Assembly (NCBI RefSeq): GCF_002113885.1
Contig: NW_018408877.1
Span: 124,001 to 188,000, forward strand
Length of the DNA stretch: 64,000 nt
DNA from: Mizuhopecten yessoensis
Taxonomy: Eukaryota
Direction: 5' to 3'
Shown piece after piece: positions 39,779 to 52,545 of this stretch. Position numbers and translations under genes: made by a program. The notes below the pieces were generated by a model. It did not search any database. It was given only the letters and a program-made list of their open reading frames with translations, and was not told where the DNA came from. Positions within the stretch are counted from its first letter, which is position 1. The number at the start of each line of letters is the position of its first letter.

Positions 39779-42700
39779 ATATTTACTTATCATATAAGGC
39801 AATATACACAAATATGTGGAAATATAGTGTTAAAAGATATCATAAACCGGTGATAAAGAGAGAGAGATAAAGTGTTGTTTGTGTTGATTAGGGGTTGGGA
39901 AGGGGTGTTAGTAGGTTAAGGGGTGGTCATCACGAGTCTTGAGTAGTTGCTGGCCAATCTTGTAATTAAAGTTATTTACCTCTACAAAATAGTTATATAT
40001 CAAATAGACTTTTAATCAGATCTGCTGACATACACCCCCTTTCCCAACCAGGAAGATATTATTCAATTTTAAACAACCTTGATCAGTAGCCTACCTGTAC
40101 CACTTTGTCACTCGTATATATTTACACCTGATGTCATCTTTGTTTACCTAGATTTAAAATTTCATGAATCAATAGTTTTGAAGCACTTGTCCCTCCCACT
40201 CTATCTTCCAATAACATCTCAAGAGGCTTTACTTTCCAATCTCTTTCCCTCCCCCTTATTAAGTATATTGTTCCATCGTTCCCCATCCCTCTCTCGAGGT
40301 CTCCCTTCCATCCCATCTTTACTTCTCTGGATTTTCCCATCCTTTACCCTTTTTCCTTACCTTTCAATGTCCTCCATCCCCTCTTACATCTTGGGTTATC
40401 CCTTTGCCCCTACCTTTGGGATTGTCCAATTTTTACCGCATAGCTTCTTGAGGTCTCCAAGTCTAACACCCACCCCCCTTCCGACCCCACTTAACCTCTT
40501 AATATTCCTCCATCTGTCCCCTCTCTCTACCTCTTTCCTACCTTCCCCGTCTCTCTATTCCTCTGCCAGATTCCTCTAGAACTACCCCTTTCATCTTTCT
40601 TTCCAAACAAATTAAGCCACTTCAGTTAAAAGTAAGAAAATATTGGGGTTACAGGTATACACAAATATGGAAAACAAATTAAAAATTCTAATTTGAATTA
40701 AAACATCTTATATATTTTGTGTCATTAACCTTCATTTGTTCATTTCATCACATGCCATTTTTAACAATTTAATTTATTGAATTCAACCAATAGTCAATAC
40801 ATTATGTCTTTAAAAAATCTTAGAATTGTAAGCAATTTTCCATGCTTTTATTATCATTTAAAACCACTTTTTTAAAAAGTTGTTTGAAGAAAAGTTAGAA
40901 CGTGATTGGAGTGCACACAAAAATCATAATCACACACCCGTATTTGGACTTTTTTTCTTCACACTACATTTAAATAGGGCCAAGTACACAAGTCCTTTGC
41001 AGAGATTTGGGGTTTAAACCTCTTGCTTGACTGGTTGCTGTAATGACTACAGGGCTATAACCTATCAGAAACCAGCTCGAACAGGAAGTGAGGAATGTCA
41101 ATTTATAAACACAACCTTTTAAGATTGTGATGCAATGATACTCAACCATTTGATAGTTACTTAGTCTCGTCATTTCTATTACGCAACAACAATGACAGAC
41201 ACATTGTACTCATGCTTTTCTACCCCTATCAATTTAAAATATAGACCTTATTTAAATAGTTTAACAAATCACTGTAAATCATGTATACTTCAAGAAGCTA
41301 AATAATTTATTTAATATAATTTGTGATGGGAGCCCACTTGCAAATTGAAATATCCTGTAAACGTTTATTCTGGTTCAGTTCAACAACAGACGCAGTTGTA
41401 TTTGATGTACTAAACATTGAAATTCTCACATATAAAAACAGTTGTCTGAAAAATAATAAAACTTGTGAAAAATAAAACAATTCATATTTAGATATTGCCA
41501 TACCACCAGCGTCCCTCAGACATATGCAGACTATCATCAAATCTAGCTATCGCTTTTGATTTCTAATTGTATACTACTTAAATAATATACACCTCTTTCC
41601 ATTCTTCATTATATGTTCGCTGACAACTTAAAATAACTTTGTGCCTAATCCCGTGTCCAGAGCTTTACAACAAAATATGTTTAATCTAGCATGTGCTTCG
41701 ATCTGTAAGTACAATACTGTGAAGGATGTTTAAACTGAATATCTGTAGCAAATTGATTATATTTTTAAGATCTCGTTCATGGCTTCAGAGAGACAGTATA
41801 AAGCAATAATTATATTAAGTTATTTTAGTAACGCTAGTGTGTACATCTATCCATACTCCATCTTCAAATTGTTGAATTCGCAAAAAAATCCCCGAAACCC
41901 TCAAACCCGCTTGGGTACAACCAATCACCTAAAGGTGAAAGAAGTAAATAATGAGTCTTATTGATTACATCCAGAAGCAGCACAGACCTGTTAGTGAGCC
42001 ATATTTACTGGAATACGTGAAAAGGTCAGGCGTATTATACCCACACCTACAGGTGTAGGTCAGATTTTCAGTGATATTGACTGGGGCTAGCCGGATTGGA
42101 TCTGTGCTGTATTATATCATGAATAGCCAGTTGATATACAAGTACCTGGTAGTAATTGTTGCTGTGGGAAACCACAATCAATCAAACCTGTTATTAAAGC
42201 TAAGGTGACTAGTGGTCATTTAACTATCAGGCCATACACCTCTGACCTCAGGTAATCATTGCACAACAGTGGGTCAATACACAAAAGAAACGGAGTTCAG
42301 AGACACTGTGTATTAAATATAAAATATCTTAAATACACCAACATAATCCCACGCATAACATTCCTCAGGAAGTTGTGTAGGGGTAATTGCACGATATGTA
42401 GGTCAACCTTCAGGTGCTAAACTTTTGTATGTACATAAATATGACATGGTGACGACCTGTCTTGCAATCAGGAATCATGTACAGGCTATCTATCTTGGGA
42501 CTGCGTAGGTGGCCGCAACACCTGTGCTTGTACTGAGGAACATATAGGTACTTAGTCTCTATTAACTGTATGTAGGTCTTACCACGGGTATTGGGCAATC
42601 TACGCCTGTGTGCTCAACTTATATTACCATCACATGGTTAAAACTCTCATGTTCTAGTGACCTACTTTCACAATACACACAAGAAATCATTCCTATAGTT

Positions 42701-43270
42701 ACGCAATTTCTAGGTTAAATGATGCATGTCTTCCCACTATTTACCTGGGATTAATATACTTATCAACAGGAACGTGATTTTTTTTTTAAATTTCAAGAAT
42801 TTCAACAACAGTTTAAGAGAACAACAGAAGCTTATCGCTAACACGGAATTAGATTAGACGGTATCATTAATTGATTCCCATGGTACCACTGATTATAAGC
42901 TATCATTGATTCCCATGGTACCACTGATTTACTAACAATTATTGGAGCAAGCTTTGCTAACTAAACATGTCTTTCTCTGTATCAATTAAAAGTAAACACG
43001 GAAGATAAAATATGAAATAAATATACATGATAAATATCAAAATTCAACATGTACAAGACAAAGACAATTAAAATGTGCATCGTATAATAAATGCACCCTC
43101 TTCCATTAAAGAACACATTCTCCTTGATCTACGAACGTGAACTGCTCGGGATAAGTTATGTGCCTACGTCAATGGACGTCACTGCATGGAACGAGGACGC
43201 GTGCATGGAACGAGCACTAAAACGCTGAATGGAAACAAAGAAAACGAGACAACTAGAAATCGCCACTTAC

Positions 43271-43479
43271 CTGTCTTTATAAAGTAAATTGATCTTGGCT
43301 TGTGGAATTTTTAACTTTCTGGAAATTGCATTTTTGAGTCCATTCACTGTTTCGTTAGCACTTAAGTTCAGCTCAAAACTTCCTCCCGTAGTAGGACATA
43401 TAAGCAAACGAGTGCGATTCGCTGATGAACTTCTGCTACTTTTCGCAAAATTAAAATCCATAGCTTCTTTGTTTTCCAT
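43271..43479 (-). CDS. MIDN: Midnolin exon 1 (start codon, N-terminal part of the ubiquitin-like domain)
   Basis: ATG at 43479. Encodes MENKE...LLICPTTGGSFELNLSANETVNGLKNAISRKLKIPQAKINLLYKD; donor AG|gtaagt at 43270. The seven exons total 1272 nt in one open frame. Confidence 0.92.
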
Positions 43480-43599
43480 GTTAATTTTTCTTTGCTAATG
43501 CTTCCAACTTGTTCGAAGAATGTAAAAAATAACTGAGAACAAATAACGCGACGTTCATACAGTTTTATGATGTTTTCGAAGTGTGTTCGTGGCCGTCCT

Positions 43600-44260
43600 G
43601 AATTGACGGAAGAGCGTCATTACATATCTTCCCTTTGCCTTAGAGCTATTATATGTAGCGAACCAATCAATTTCGATGTGGGCTGATCCACTGCAGGGGT
43701 CACAAGTGGAGGTCACCTATACGTCATTGATATACAATTTACACAACTTTGATCATATGCATTCTTTTCGTCGTGGAACAAAGCCGAAACTGTATACTGA
43801 CTATCGTGTTATTTGATTCTGCCAGAGCTCACGAGCGCACGTCCTATCTGATCGAAACACAGCGTCGATAAGGCGGCAGCGGTGAACTGATCCCCACTAC
43901 AAGTAGACTCGTCCGTTACTATTAACCGTAAAAACCTCAGTTACGTCAATGGGCTGAGATCACGTGTGTGTTTGTTTTCCTCAATGGATATGAAGGCTAG
44001 CTAGTGTAGTGTAGAATCAATAGCGAGTTAGCTGTCTTATAACATGTGCGATAGTCACGTGGTTGGAGCAAGTATTAAGCAGCTTGTTTATCTTTAATCT
44101 TTGTTCACATGTAAACTGATTGATGATATGACCTTAATTATTTAGATCAAGGTCGTCGTTAAGGAGAACTGATCAATGTCAACATATAAAATCAATGTTG
44201 CTATCAACAATCGCAATGGAAGATGAACCAGTGACGCTAAGGAGAGTGACGTCAGAAAAT
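43600..44260 (-). promoter_or_regulatory. Putative MIDN promoter
   Basis: TATA-like CATATAATA at ~43647-43655 (minus) and CCAAT at 43663. CRE-like sites at 43720 and 43941 (TTACGTCA), full TGACGTCA at 44247, E-boxes CACGTG at 43961 and 44056. CpG-rich. Confidence 0.6.
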
Positions 44261-44876
44261 TAAATGAGACATGGGACTTCAATTAAATTCTGATACCCAA
44301 TGTGATGCTGCTGTTGTATTTAATTTCGTTCTGTTAGCATGTTGCTATAGGCTCTGCGCGCTGTTTAGCGTGTTGTTGTTTTTTGCGGGTCAATTGCTAA
44401 TACATGTAATGCTTCCCTACAATGCACTCTCCATCTTAATACCAGTACATATTTATTCCTTTTTATGTGACCAATTTGCATTCAAATTTTAAGTTCACCT
44501 TTACAATTACAAGTGTATATATAATATACAAAAAGAAAGTGAAATTAGCCCTTAGTCCACAATACACTGGTTTTTATATACTACGTATAAAAACGTATTA
44601 AAAAACGAGTAAGTTATTTTCAGTGGCTAATATAGATATATTTACATGTATGCCGAGGAGCACTTTGTTTCTCTGAATCAATCAGCCTTTACATTGCTAA
44701 CAAGTGTAACTTATATCGGAACCTCTATAATACGAACTTCCTTTGAATAATTCGACAAACGTAATTTATATAAAGGGATTCCAGTAATTATATACTGTTA
44801 TTGATCATAATCGGTGTCCTTTGCCTTAGATTTCATGTTGAGTTCTGTATTTATTATTTTATTTATTTATTGTTAC

Positions 44877-45222
44877 TGTTACCGTGGCCTCGACTCGGAT
44901 AGAGATATTTTCTCTTTAGTTCATTCGATAGAGCATAAGACTGGTAAATCAGAGGGCCCGGGTTCGACTCCTGGCGGTGGTATTAACAATTAATGACCGC
45001 TGTGACATTGGCGCCCACGTAGGGACCCCGGAAAAAAGGATAGAATACTAGCAATACTTGCAAAGGAATCACTATGACTCAGAAAAAACTCCTGGAGAGG
45101 GATTATTATCTTGGTCAAAAGCTAGCTCTTTAACCCATTCGGTGGAGTGTAAGACTACTAAACCAGTGGTCCCGGGTTCGACTCCTCGCGGAGGAATTGA
45201 AAAAATAATGACCTCTGTTATA
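44877..45222 (+). mobile_element. Miniature non-autonomous LTR element (TRIM) with tRNA-like sequence in both LTRs (Helenus-like)
   Basis: LTR1 44877-45007 (tgttac...gtgaca), tRNA-Lys-type PBS tggcgcccacgtagggac at 45009, PPT ggagaggga at 45094-45102, degenerate LTR2 45104-45222. Each LTR has an A-box-like segment and ggttcgactcc B-box. Confidence 0.7.
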
Positions 45223-45559
45223 CACCAATTTGATGTTGATTCAGGCACAATTACAAAATGAAGTGCGCCTTCCTTCAGGCGAGTTAATAAGTACAGTCAG
45301 TGACAGCGTATGTATGTGTTGATTTACACCGAAGGGTAGCGGAGTTATTTCCCCTGCTCCTAACAGGTGACAGTGAACTGGATTTTACGCTGCATGAAAA
45401 TATACTGATTTCTAAGAATTGCTCAGGATAATTTATAGAAATTTGAATACCGCAATTAATAATGATTTCTAAGAATCGCCTACGGATATTTAATGCTCAA
45501 AATTATGTAGGGCACAATATGATATTTAGTTTTTGAGTGAGTGCCAACATAAGGTGATA

Positions 45560-47170
45560 TTAAGGACGTAGCACAAGGCCCGGACATAGCACGCACTGTT
45601 AGCTTCAAGGAGTCGTTAACACAAATTTACAAAATGCTACTTTTAAGAAATATGGATTAACGTTAGTGTTTCTTATCTAATATTTTGAACCTATTTACCG
45701 ACCTATACCGATGATGCAATTTTAATTTTTAATGTTGCTGATATTTTTAAGATATACCGAATGGCAGTGGTTAAGCTTACCAATACTTTAACAATACGGT
45801 CCTGATTTACAAATATAGATGATCGTGACGACACATACCTTATGGATTTTCCTAAATTAGCATTATACGATTTTTGATTTTCATTGAGATGGATATTGCT
45901 TTTAATTAAGATCGTTTAATTAAACCGACGGAATCTTTCCCAAGGCCGTAATTACGAGAGTTGAGGATACACTTTTAAGCCTATTGCCAAGTTTTACATG
46001 TGCTTTTTATTTTTCCCGGGGCGAATCTGAGAGAAGTATGACTGATCAAGGGGTAATGGAAACCTGATATATCCACAAATCCCATATTTTAAGTGTTATA
46101 CCAAAAACGAAATGCAGAGGTATTCTTAAAGATCAATTTTCCAGACTGCAAGTCCGAATATCTATCATCTCTTTCAATATTGTTTGCGCCTGAGTCCAAA
46201 TATCAATAACAAGGAGGATAAGGTCCTAACAAGCTTCGCCTTCCTTTCACCTTTTTGGTCATTTCTGTGAGGAAGTTGCAGAAACTGCCTAGGGAGTTAG
46301 TCTATGGGGATTTTTTTAGTTTTGGACTACTACACGGCTGCTAGTGGGCTAACTTCATGGACAGCGAAGTCAGAGCAAAAATTAAGTTAAAGTGCAACTT
46401 TTGTATAGTATATATATATGTGCAGCGGAACTAGACTGGGTCGTTCATCGGGCGGCCATGTACATATTATATGTAACTCAATTGGTAGAGCGTCAGTCTA
46501 GAGTTCGGAGAGTCCCGGGTTCGAAACCCGATCTGGCCGTTGCATTTCTCTTTCTTCGGTTACATATGTAATTCGTAAAATTCTGAAATTTAAAGCAGCC
46601 CTGCAAGCTTACTCCCTCGGCAGTTTCCGAAGTGCAGACTAACTCCCTCGGCAATTTCTTTGACTTTCTCGCGGAAATGACCGAGTCGATCAGGTGGTAG
46701 GTTAGCAGAAGTATGGGAATTCGGGATGTAGTGAGCTTCTGGACCTGTCTATTCCCCTCGGCTTATCGATTCGGGAAATATACAGGGTCTCAGAAAACTT
46801 AAGCTTGCTACGTGTATGTCCCCAAGCCCCTACATGTCGTCCGGTTATACTTACTTTATCAACAGTTTCTACAACTTCCCCAAGCAAAAATGTCCGAGCA
46901 ACTTGATAAGGTGATAACTTGGCGGAGCTTGTTTTGATCAGATTCCTTCTAGTTATGATCGATCGTGAGTCGAAAAAGCGCAGAGGAAGTTGAAAGTTGA
47001 AATCTTTGGGATTTCTGGATTTAGAAAGTTGTTACTTCCTGAGACTATTTTTTGGGGAACCAGAAACTTCCTTCATACACAAAGCCTCGTATTTAGACTG
47101 TGCAAGTGTATCAGTAATGTTTATCTAAAAAAAAAATCTCCTATGCAACTACGTTAGAGCTACTCAAAAT
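45560..47170. mobile_element. Degenerate foldback/TIR DNA-element remnant (boundaries approximate)
   Basis: Starts ttaaggacgtagc. Internal imperfect inverted pairs: 46257-46305 vs 46634-46682, and ~46070-46090 vs ~47000-47022. Confidence 0.4.
46419..46564 (+). mobile_element. tRNA-like element, probably a solo LTR of a related tRNA-LTR family
   Basis: TG...CA bounded (ends cggttaca) in a TA-rich site. A-box taactcaattgg at 46474, B-box ggttcgaaacc at 46518. No intact acceptor stem. Confidence 0.5.
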
Positions 47171-48480
47171 GTTTATACTTTCCAATTTGAAGATAGTCAC
47201 ATGGGTTGGCGCGTTATTTCAAATTATTGAGTGCCATCCTGTAGTAGCACCAACATTTTAAATCGGGTTTATAGTTAATTAAAATTAGTCATAAGGTATT
47301 GGGTGTAACACGATATATGTAGATGGAAGAGCATACAACGGTCCTCCAGCTTTTTATAAGACGTAATGTCTGTCCATTGTATGTGTACGTAATGGTTGTC
47401 TGTTTTAATGACAAAAATGTAAGTGATTTAACGTGGATGGTAAACAATTGTTTTCAGACATTGACGTTTTATTATAATTAGACGCATGTTTGGCAGACAG
47501 TCCACCCTTTCACCGGCATGGCGGTACACCATTTTACGCCAATTAGACAATTGGTGATACATATTGTGTGACGTCATCAACAGTCAGGTCGATATCGACA
47601 TTTAATTAAAGTCACGACTTTAACGTTAGGTAGGATCATTCGTACGCCTGGCCATTTAGCACACCTCCACAACTGTCACGAACAGCAGTTTTCGTGTGCT
47701 CCAGATTATGGTGTTGCTGCCAAAGAAACGGACCAGAAAACTATTAAACTGACCCTATATAGGGTCATTGTATTTTAACTGACCACACAATGTACGTCAT
47801 TACTAAACGACTATTAGCATAAAGAATGGTATGCCTTTTCCGGAATGATCTTTAGAGCTATTTTCCAATTATTGTCGACACGACGCCATTTGATATGTTA
47901 ATTTGTTTCCAAATGTGAGGGCTGTACAGAATAGTTTATATTATTTGCTTTTGAAATACGTCGTTATGGTGTAACCGATTCATGACGTAATAATGTTAAA
48001 ACAACAATAACAATGACGTAGCATCACCTTTGAAATATTTCGGACTGCCTGGTCTAAGTTTGTAATCTTTTCGTTTTCGGTATGCTTTACCTATAATACC
48101 AAATGATTGAAATGCTGCACACTCACTAAGCTTGTAAGAGAAAACGGAATAGAATAAAGGAACTAGAACCAATAGAAGAGAAAATGGAAGAGTAGAAATA
48201 AAATAGAACTGATTCCTATTTCAGTCACCCAGTGCTTTACCGATCGCTTCTGTATTGATTTCAGGTGGCTTTATCTATTTTTTATATCTTATTTTAGATT
48301 AAATGGGATTTAATATCATTGTTACAAGCATGTTCGTTAATGTTCACAGGTCAATGTTTAGGGGTGGAGAGGGGTGGGGAGTGTTGGTGGGAGGGGGGTG
48401 GGGCATTCAAGTGTTTCTCGCTTATTAATATACCACGGGTAAAAATGATAACAGATAAGCGAATGAAAAAACACCGTCCT

Positions 48481-49518
48481 CCAAGTTGTTATCCTTGAGA
48501 ATGTCATAGACTGATCTATATAAGACCAAGTTGTTACCCTTGAGGATGTCATGTACTGATCTATAAAAGACCAAGTGGCTACTCTTGAGGATGACATGCA
48601 CTGATCTATATAAAACCAAGTTGTTACCCTTGAGAATGTCACAGACTGATCTATATAAGACCAAGTTGTTACCCTTGCGAATGTCATGGACTGATCTATA
48701 TAAGACCAAGTTGTTACTCTTGCGAATGTCATGGACTGATCTATATTAGACCAAGTTGTTACCCTTGCGAATGTCATGGACTGATCTATATAAGACCAAG
48801 TTGTTAACCTTGAGGATGACATGGACTGATCTATATAAGACCAAGTTGTTACCCTTGAGGATGACATGGACTGATCTATATAACACCAAGTTGTTACCCT
48901 TGAGGATGTCATAGACTGATCTATATAAGACCAAGTTGTTAACCTTGAGGATGACATGGACGGATCTATATAACACCAAGTTGTTACCCTTGAGGATGTC
49001 ATGGACTGATCTATATAAGACCAAATTGTTACCCTTGCGAATGTCATGGACTGATCTATATAAGTCCAAGTTGTTACCCTTGAGGATGACATGGACTGAT
49101 CTATATAACCCCAAGTTGTTTCCCTTGAGGATGTCATAGACTGATCTATATAAGACCAAGTTGTTACCCTTGAGGATGCCATGGACGGATCTATATAAGA
49201 CCAAGTTGTTACCCTTGAGGATGTCATAGACTTATCTATATAAGACCAAGTTGTTACCCTTGCGAATGTAATGGACTGATCTATATAAGACCAAGTTGTT
49301 AACCTTGAGGATGCCATGGACTGATCTATATAAGACCAAGTTGTTACCATTGAGGATGTCATGGACTGATCTATATAAGACCAAATTGTTACCCTTGAGA
49401 ATGTCATAGACTGATCTATAAAATACCAAGTTGCTACCCTTGAGGATGTCATGGACTGATCTATATAAGACCAAGTTGTTATCATTGAGGATGTCATGGA
49501 CTGATCTATATAACACCA
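48481..49518. repeat. Minisatellite, 45-bp unit, 23 copies
   Basis: Unit ccaagttgttacccttgaggatgtcatggactgatctatataaga, with no indels. Confidence 0.97.
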
Positions 49519-50624
49519 ACGCCATATTTTTGAAGAACGTTAATTTTGTGGGTGGCGCCAGAAGCTTTTAAGGAGTCATGTGCCCTTGTTATTTAACTGA
49601 GAATTGAGAATGGGGTGTTAGGTACAGTTTTCGTAATAATGCATGTTATATCATAGCTTGAAGTTGATTTTTTATTGTAACAATCTTAAAGACCCATCAT
49701 CACAGAAGAGGTAACTAGGGCCAATAAATTGATCTTTGAAGTTGAAGCTGTCAAAAAGGAGCATTTATTCAGAATTTTCTATTTTTCATCCATTCATCCC
49801 GACAATCACTTCACGATGAGTTAAAATAATCGTAATAGTCAAAAGATGGCCTATGCTAATATCGCCTAATAGGATTGTGCTGCCTTAAGAGCAAATTGTT
49901 TGTTTCCTATATGGAATCTAAATGTACGTACTAACAAAATGACAAACAATATCACGGCTCTCTAATCACAATGGCATGGCACACCCAATATAGAATCCAC
50001 ACGTATAGACGAATAATTAGATAACGGAAATTACGAGAGTCACCGATATGTTTGTCAACGTAGTACGTAATATACCTATTTTGTTTAAATTCTGATTACC
50101 TGTATGGTTTATTTATAGAACACATAAAGGCCCTAATATATACCTGCTACAGGTAGTAAACATCGGGCTATATTTGATACGTGTGTAGATTTTTCACTCG
50201 TGGCGTTGCTAATCATAACGTACGGAAATGAGAAAACATAGGCCTATATATACATTTTGATGTGTTTAGTCAGCTACTAATAGAAGTCAGATCTCATTTT
50301 TGGATAAAAAAAAAACCCCATAAAAATAGGTTCATTGATAATGAATCCGATCGTATTTGTTGTTGTTTACTATTCACGTCTATTTTATTGCTTTTTATTA
50401 TCATCATATTATATTTTTGGATATGCTTGCGTATTGCAAACGAAGATTTAGTATTCTGACCACTGGGAGTGGTGCATCCCCCCAATACCTTCCAATATTG
50501 ACTCAAACGTAGAAGTCATGGGACTAGTTTTAAAAGTACGCCTTCAATGTCAATGTTTGTTACTAGTTTTACAAAAGAGGTTCGCTTAATATCAAGATTC
50601 AAGAGGCGATTTATCGTAGCTTGA

Positions 50625-50814
50625 TATTCCGTCTTTGCGTATTGCAGAGTTATCTTCTCTTGGGAGCAGGTATTGCTTGTTACGTCATTGGTTTGTGCGA
50701 GAAAATTACGTCGTTTTCTCAAAAAATGAGGACGTTACTCTCACAAACAAGTGACGTAACAATCAATACCTGCCCCCAAGAGAAGATAACTCTGCAATAC
50801 GCAAAGACGGAATA
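50625..50814. mobile_element. Palindromic MITE (long TIRs, TA-flanked)
   Basis: tattccgtctttgcgtattgcagagttatcttctcttggg ... cccaagagaagataactctgcaatacgcaaagacggaata. Second copy at 59442-59630. Confidence 0.88.
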
Positions 50815-52503
50815 TATATATTATTGCGCTCAATTTGAAGGCGATCTGAATACTGCTCTTGTCTATAATACCAATACCAAAGTGTCCTCCACAGAAGGAA
50901 CTATCCATGTATTACATTACATTGCGTACCTCTATAACCAATAAACATATGCGTCGTGTGACATCTATACGTATGAGTAAAGCGCATCTAGTGGTGAAAT
51001 GTATCGGCTTATAGTGATCGGCAACATCAAAGTCCCAGCATTGTACCATCTCAAAGCACACATTTAGTAAGTATCCAATCAACAACCTAGCTTGTATCAC
51101 GTGATGTACTAAACCAGATGATCGTGTGAATTCATTAGTTCTGGGTTTCAGTGGACATCGCTGAGGGCCAAATCAGTTTTGTAAAGACGCTTATCTCAGG
51201 TTTACAACCACCTGCACTTTTGATGTGACCTTACAGACTGGCTCATACAATCATTTTTGACAATTTTGAGAGTCTTGAGATATGTTTTTTTTTAAATAAC
51301 CATTTTGACAATATTTTAACGTTTTTGTTATCCTGTACTGAATGCAATTGGCAATTTTCGAATTTAATGACTGCCTAACCAGTTATCGTCTGGCCACAAA
51401 AAGTAATGGACGGAGTGAGATGATTTATTTTCTTAATTGAACCAGTTCCTTTAGTTTTTCAGGCTATTTATATCGGTGGCGATATGAAGGTATTAAGGTG
51501 AGCCGACCGTAGAAAGGTTAAAAATATGGATTCGATCGAAAATCTCGAAATGTTTTTTACCTCCGAGCGGAACAAGGGAGATTTTTTTTATGCAGGTACT
51601 GTTAATCATGCTCAATCTTCATTGCCTTGTACAAACTCTTAATCGGAGGTGTGAAGGAATAGATTTCCCGTTGAAAAGTCGGCTACATGCCCATGAAAAC
51701 AAGATTACTTCAGCAATATCTATGTATGATCGTCAATACTATGGTAGGTGTCTTGCTACTGTGTGTGGTTCAGTCCTGTATGGCACTGTAAAGCAAAGGC
51801 AACTACATCAACACAATAGTGTTGGCTATTTATGGATGAGTTAAGATTCTTTATTAACAAATTTCGGTCAACATAGGGCAGAGGAAAACGTAATTATTGA
51901 TTATAGATTTTGCCGAACATAATACGCTGTAGATTTCACTCACTTGTATTTTATAAACAAATTCGAATTTTACTAATTACTTGCCCCTGTGCACGGGGAA
52001 ACAAATTATGCACAATGTCAAAGTGTAAAGTAGCCAAAAAAAGAGATAAACGGACATATAATGTATAGACCATATAATAATCCATTTTCATACAGTATAC
52101 ATAACATTCTGTCGGTATCGTGTAGTAAGCTGGTGAACATGCCTGGACTGACCTTTGCCCCCGATTAGGTATCGATCAATGGTGCGGGATGTCGAATTGG
52201 AGCAAAGAATATGATGTCGTGGGCGTGAGGGTTTCTCAGGGCTGCATGGTGCTGCCCGTATTCCGCCCCACGTCTGTTCCGCTTAGCAGCGATGTGCAAT
52301 CAACGTTGTTTATCACATGGCCTTGTTTACTTGAGGGGTTCTTGCCTGGAAAATATGTCAATATCTTGTACTAATTCCGCTGGAAAGCAAGGTATCGACT
52401 GCGCATCAATAGCCATTTGGTAGAAGTATCATCAGCCTTTTGCAAATCTAATCAATTGTCGGCCGCCTCGGCAGACGACACTGAAGCATTCAAGTGAATG
52501 AAA

Positions 52504-52545
52504 TGAATCACTCTGACGTCACGCGCAATCACCGGATTGACGTCA
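52504..52545. promoter_or_regulatory. Paired full CRE sites (candidate enhancer)
   Basis: TGACGTCA at 52514 and 52538, with AP-1-like TGAATCA at 52504. Confidence 0.35.

Noticed and set aside
40079-40579. 166-aa Leu/Ser/Pro-rich ORF
   Set aside because: Stop-poor by composition (polypyrimidine tract), antisense to the MIDN intron, and no domain.
48358-49497. 379-aa ORF with a 15-aa repeat (SSRVTTWSYIDQSMT)
   Set aside because: It is the translation of a 45-bp minisatellite. Unit differences are frequently non-synonymous, a second frame is almost as open, and there is no unique domain or splice context.
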